Part shown: positions 60,779 to 64,000 of the stretch, piece by piece | Layout of the letters: each line of letters opens with the position of its first letter | Numbering within the stretch: position 1 is the stretch's first letter | NCBI GenBank assembly: GCA_965219385.1 | Contig: CBDCNM010000002.1 | Coordinates: 96,639-160,638 of the forward strand | Origin: Candidatus Latescibacterota bacterium | Lineage (GTDB): Bacteria > Latescibacterota > UBA2968 > UBA8231 | DNA: 64,000 nt | Direction of reading: 5' to 3' | Notes under the pieces: model-generated | The model's input: only the letters and a program-made list of their open reading frames with translations | The model's database searches: none | What the model was told of the DNA's origin: nothing | Program-made: the position numbers and the translations under genes

Positions 60779-61110
60779 GAGCAGATAATGAAAACCGTTC
60801 CAGTCCCGGCACACGACGTTCGAGCGGCGGGAGCGAGGGTGGCGGCACTTGACCGGTCGCGGGGAATACGATACTTTGAGCATGACAGGTGCCTTAGACG
60901 AGCGGGTGTCGGTTTCCTTGAGCGGAAATCATGCTCGATCTAGTAAGGAGTCTATTTTTATTCAACGATCTCACGGAAGAGTGAGCACGGATTCATGCAA
61001 TAACGTCGAGAGCAGATACTATCTGGCGAATTGGCGCACCGTTCAACAGATTCACCATATCCGTTGATGCCTAACCGAGCCTGGTTTCACAGTCTCCGTA
61101 TAGAAAAATT

Positions 61111-62247
61111 ATGAATCACCTCGAAAGATATGATGTGTTGACGGCCTCCCCCTCTCCTGCGCCGTCGCATTGGTCTGCTTCCTACACTCATCGGGAGTGC
61201 TCGCTGCATCAACTATCGCCCTACATAGGAAAGCTAAAGAGCATCATTGCCAGAGATTTGATTTTGCAGTATAGCGAGCCGGGTCAGTTGGTAGCGGATA
61301 TGTTCTGTGGCAGCGGTACGGTGCCTCTGGAAGCAGCCCTCCTCAGGCGACGTGTATTTGCATCCGATACGAGCGTATATGCTATTACTTTGACCAAGGG
61401 AAAACTAAACGCACCCGAACGGATTGATGTCGCATTTGAAACTCTTGATAAGGTTCTAAACCACGTGGAATCATTGCCAACACCTGATCTTCGAGATATT
61501 CCACGATGGGTCCAGGCTTTCTTTCATCCTCGCACCCTGAAGGAGGCTCTGCGACTTACTCGATTCCTCAAACGCGAACGACGCTATTTTCTCTTGGGAT
61601 CAATGCTCGGCATTCTACACCACCAAAGACCTGGGTTTCTATCGTATCCCAGCAGCCATCTCGTGCCATACCTTCGATCAAACAAGTTTCCCAAATCTGC
61701 ATACCCAGAACTCTACGAATACCGTCCCGTTGAGCCACGCTTGAAAGCAAAAGTAGAACGCGCTCTGAAGCGCACACCAGAAGCCTCGTTATCCGCATTG
61801 GTTGATGGTGTTCGTCTATCTTCAGCGAAATCTATTAATCTTCCAGAGAGCATCGATTGCGTAATCACGAGTCCTCCTTACATGAATGCCCTAGACTACC
61901 GACGTGATAATCGTCTGCGGCTCTGGTTTCTTGGTGAATCATTTGGCGAGCGAGCAGACCGCACATTCACAACTCTTCCAGAATTTAGAAAATTGATGGA
62001 CGCGCTTGCGAGACAGTTAGATCAAAAAGTGCGTCGAGGTGGATATTGTATTTTTATGATCGGCGAGCAAATATTTCGAGGTAGTGATTACTTTCCATCA
62101 GAAGTGTTAGCGCAGAGCTTCTTAACGCATGCTTCGACATTTCGTCTTTACGACGTCATAACCGACATCATTCCCGATATTCGTCGCTCACGCAAACGTC
62201 TAGCAGGCGTAAAACGAGAGAATGTTCTCGTCTTCAGGAAAGACTAG
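61111..62247 (+). CDS. DNA amino-methyltransferase (N4-C/N6-A, motif I before motif IV)
   Basis: HQLSPYIGK, DMFCGSGT (SAM binding), ITSPPY (catalytic). Confidence 0.9.
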   Translation: MNHLERYDVLTASPSPAPSHWSASYTHRECSLHQLSPYIGKLKSIIARDLILQYSEPGQLVADMFCGSGTVPLEAALLRRRVFASDTSVYAITLTKGKLNAPERIDVAFETLDKVLNHVESLPTPDLRDIPRWVQAFFHPRTLKEALRLTRFLKRERRYFLLGSMLGILHHQRPGFLSYPSSHLVPYLRSNKFPKSAYPELYEYRPVEPRLKAKVERALKRTPEASLSALVDGVRLSSAKSINLPESIDCVITSPPYMNALDYRRDNRLRLWFLGESFGERADRTFTTLPEFRKLMDALARQLDQKVRRGGYCIFMIGEQIFRGSDYFPSEVLAQSFLTHASTFRLYDVITDIIPDIRRSRKRLAGVKRENVLVFRKD

Positions 62248-62249
62248 AT

Positions 62250-64000
62250 ATGCGCAAAAATCTCCCGCCTATTGATTTGTTTATCGGAGAGGAAATAGAT
62301 CAATTCCCGAACTATGTGATTGAAGAATATATAGATTCTGGAAATAACGGACACCTGTTTCGAGCCTTCAACCGATCGGCTGAAAACAATGTCGCATTTA
62401 AAATCGTTCCCGCCAAAAATCTTCCAGATGATGAAGGCGAACAACAAGTGTATCTCAATGAGGCAAAAAAGGCCAACCAGCTTGAGCACCCATCCGTGGT
62501 AAACTACATCGACGTTTTTCCTTACGATGAGCCTAAAAAAAAGATCAAATGTGTGGTTTTTGTATGTAACTATATCAAAGGACAAAATCTGAAGAATTAT
62601 ATGAAAAAGAAGGGGTCAGAAATCAATATCCCGTTCGTGGAAACATTTCTGCGAACGATGTTTGAACTACTATACGAATTAAAGGAACGCAAACTTCAGC
62701 ATGGCGATTTGCACGCTGGCAATGTACTCGTCGCAATTCCGGAATTTGATCCTTATGAACGACCGACCTTCCGAGTAACAGATTTTGGCGTTCGAGAATT
62801 GACCGGACAGATATCCCATGTGAGTGACTATCTGCACGTGGCGGACACACTTAGACAACTACTGGAAAAAATCGAGTATAGTAACTACGAGGGGAGAGAT
62901 CGTTACGCCTACGAAATTCTCAGGAGAGAGTTCCTGGGTCGTCACCTAATCGAGACTGATACCAGCGCAGATCCATTAGCCTCTAATCCCCGCGAGCTTC
63001 TGGCAAAGCTGGACTCTGTGGACGATCAGTATTTGGCGGCAAAAAAGAACTCTGTAACTACGCTAGTATCGCCATTCGATTACCCTAACTGCGAGCAAAT
63101 CGGGAACTCTCATCTATTGCTGAAGAGCCTCTACTCTGACCGTTTACTTGGACTGTCAGAAATCCAAAAACGGTCAAACTTGATACTGACCGGACCTCGA
63201 GGATGTGGGAAGACCACAGTCTTTCGTGCATTGAGCCTGGAATATCTGACTTCCACTGAGAATGATAATCCGAGCAATTTGACCTATATTGGTGTCTATT
63301 ATAGATGCGATGACCTGTACTTCGCTTTTCCAAGATACCAGACCCCTGATCGTAACGAGGCACTGGATGTTCCCATGCACTTCCTGACTGTCACGCTGAT
63401 AGCCATCGCGTTAGAGCAAATTGACACATGGGCAAAAAAGCATTTTCCAGATGAATTGGAGAAGAAAGAGGAGATCCTGGTTACCGAACTCTGGGAGCTA
63501 TTTGACTGGCAGCCTCCGGGAAATCCAACCTCTAGACAGTTGTCTACTCTGGTGAACAGGTTAAACAAGGAGAGGAAGCGTGCAGTCGACAAACAACGCT
63601 TCGTTCATGTACGGGAAGAACCTATCAAAGGCTATTTCGGCCCAGGGACGATGTTTGGAGCCTGCCGCCTTATCCGGAAGAGACTATCCTTTCTGCACGA
63701 GCGTCATTTTTATTTTTTTGTTGACGATTATTCACATCCAAAAATAACCAAAGACCTGCAAGCAAACCTTAACCGGTTGGTTATGCATCGTAATCCGGAC
63801 GTTTTCTTCAAGCTCTCGACGGAAAGCCCTGTTTCTTTTGCAAAAGAAGACGTAGACGGCAAGCAGTATGTCGAATCTCGTGAGTACGATCTTCTCAATC
63901 TCGGATTGAGATATATTTCAAGTGACCCTAAACAGACGCTGGATTTCTTAGAGGATTTATTCGCCCGCCGTTTCCAGGAAGTCGAGAATTATCCGGTTAA
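62250..64000 (+). CDS. Ser/Thr-type protein kinase fused to a P-loop (AAA+/STAND-like) ATPase; 3' end runs off the window
   Basis: Not in the ORF track. Translated by hand: IDSGNNGHLF, VAFK, NEA, HGDLHAGNVL, TDFG, then LTGPRGCGKTT (Walker A) and FYFFVDDYS (Walker B). The same frame is open at 64000. Confidence 0.88.
   Translation, partial: MRKNLPPIDLFIGEEIDQFPNYVIEEYIDSGNNGHLFRAFNRSAENNVAFKIVPAKNLPDDEGEQQVYLNEAKKANQLEHPSVVNYIDVFPYDEPKKKIKCVVFVCNYIKGQNLKNYMKKKGSEINIPFVETFLRTMFELLYELKERKLQHGDLHAGNVLVAIPEFDPYERPTFRVTDFGVRELTGQISHVSDYLHVADTLRQLLEKIEYSNYEGRDRYAYEILRREFLGRHLIETDTSADPLASNPRELLAKLDSVDDQYLAAKKNSVTTLVSPFDYPNCEQIGNSHLLLKSLYSDRLLGLSEIQKRSNLILTGPRGCGKTTVFRALSLEYLTSTENDNPSNLTYIGVYYRCDDLYFAFPRYQTPDRNEALDVPMHFLTVTLIAIALEQIDTWAKKHFPDELEKKEEILVTELWELFDWQPPGNPTSRQLSTLVNRLNKERKRAVDKQRFVHVREEPIKGYFGPGTMFGACRLIRKRLSFLHERHFYFFVDDYSHPKITKDLQANLNRLVMHRNPDVFFKLSTESPVSFAKEDVDGKQYVESREYDLLNLGLRYISSDPKQTLDFLEDLFARRFQEVENYPV

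Noticed and set aside
55013..61110. Integron cassette array
   Set aside because: No integron integrase and no recognisable attC sites; the repeated units are coding stubs.
62244..63592. Short minus-strand ORFs at the right end
   Set aside because: They are antisense to the kinase-ATPase gene starting at 62250.
51511..64000. Prophage or ICE integrated at tRNA-Val
   Set aside because: No integrase, phage or conjugation genes and no repeat of the tRNA 3' end seen within the window; it cannot be excluded beyond the window.

Overview
Bacterial chromosomal window. The gene content (FlgD-Ig/T9SS-like secreted proteins, several PhyH dioxygenases, BNR/sialidase-like proteins, a dockerin-like motif) suggests an FCB-group organism such as Ca. 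Latescibacterota; this is inference only. There are four parts. (1) 1-7.9 kb: a lower-GC minus-strand operon of an FlgD-Ig secreted protein and two paralogous ~900-aa Asp-rich putative outer-membrane proteins. (2) 8.0-15.0 kb: five insertion sequences (an IS481-like element interrupted by IS1182, a second IS1182, IS701 and an ISL3 remnant), four of them with readable terminal repeats and target duplications. (3) 15.7-51.5 kb: GC-rich core and metabolic genes (glcF, serB, murB, xylA, glnB, glnE, a sigma54-type pspA operon, M6 protease, guaA, tyrS, tRNA-Val), interspersed with a ~200-230 bp MITE family and gene stubs left by deletions. (4) 51.6-64 kb: a tRNA-Val-adjacent defence-type island with an SNF2 helicase, duplicated and decayed toxin-antitoxin/DUF1156/DUF1016 modules, an ABC-type ATPase plus PIN-like gene pair, and a DNA methyltransferase followed by a kinase-ATPase fusion. 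The most notable finding is a complete ribosome-dependent attenuator upstream of tyrS: a promoter, a Tyr-rich leader peptide (MTRTIAYRYYYYASGG), an antiterminator and a terminator. All family assignments come from motif recognition; no database search was run.
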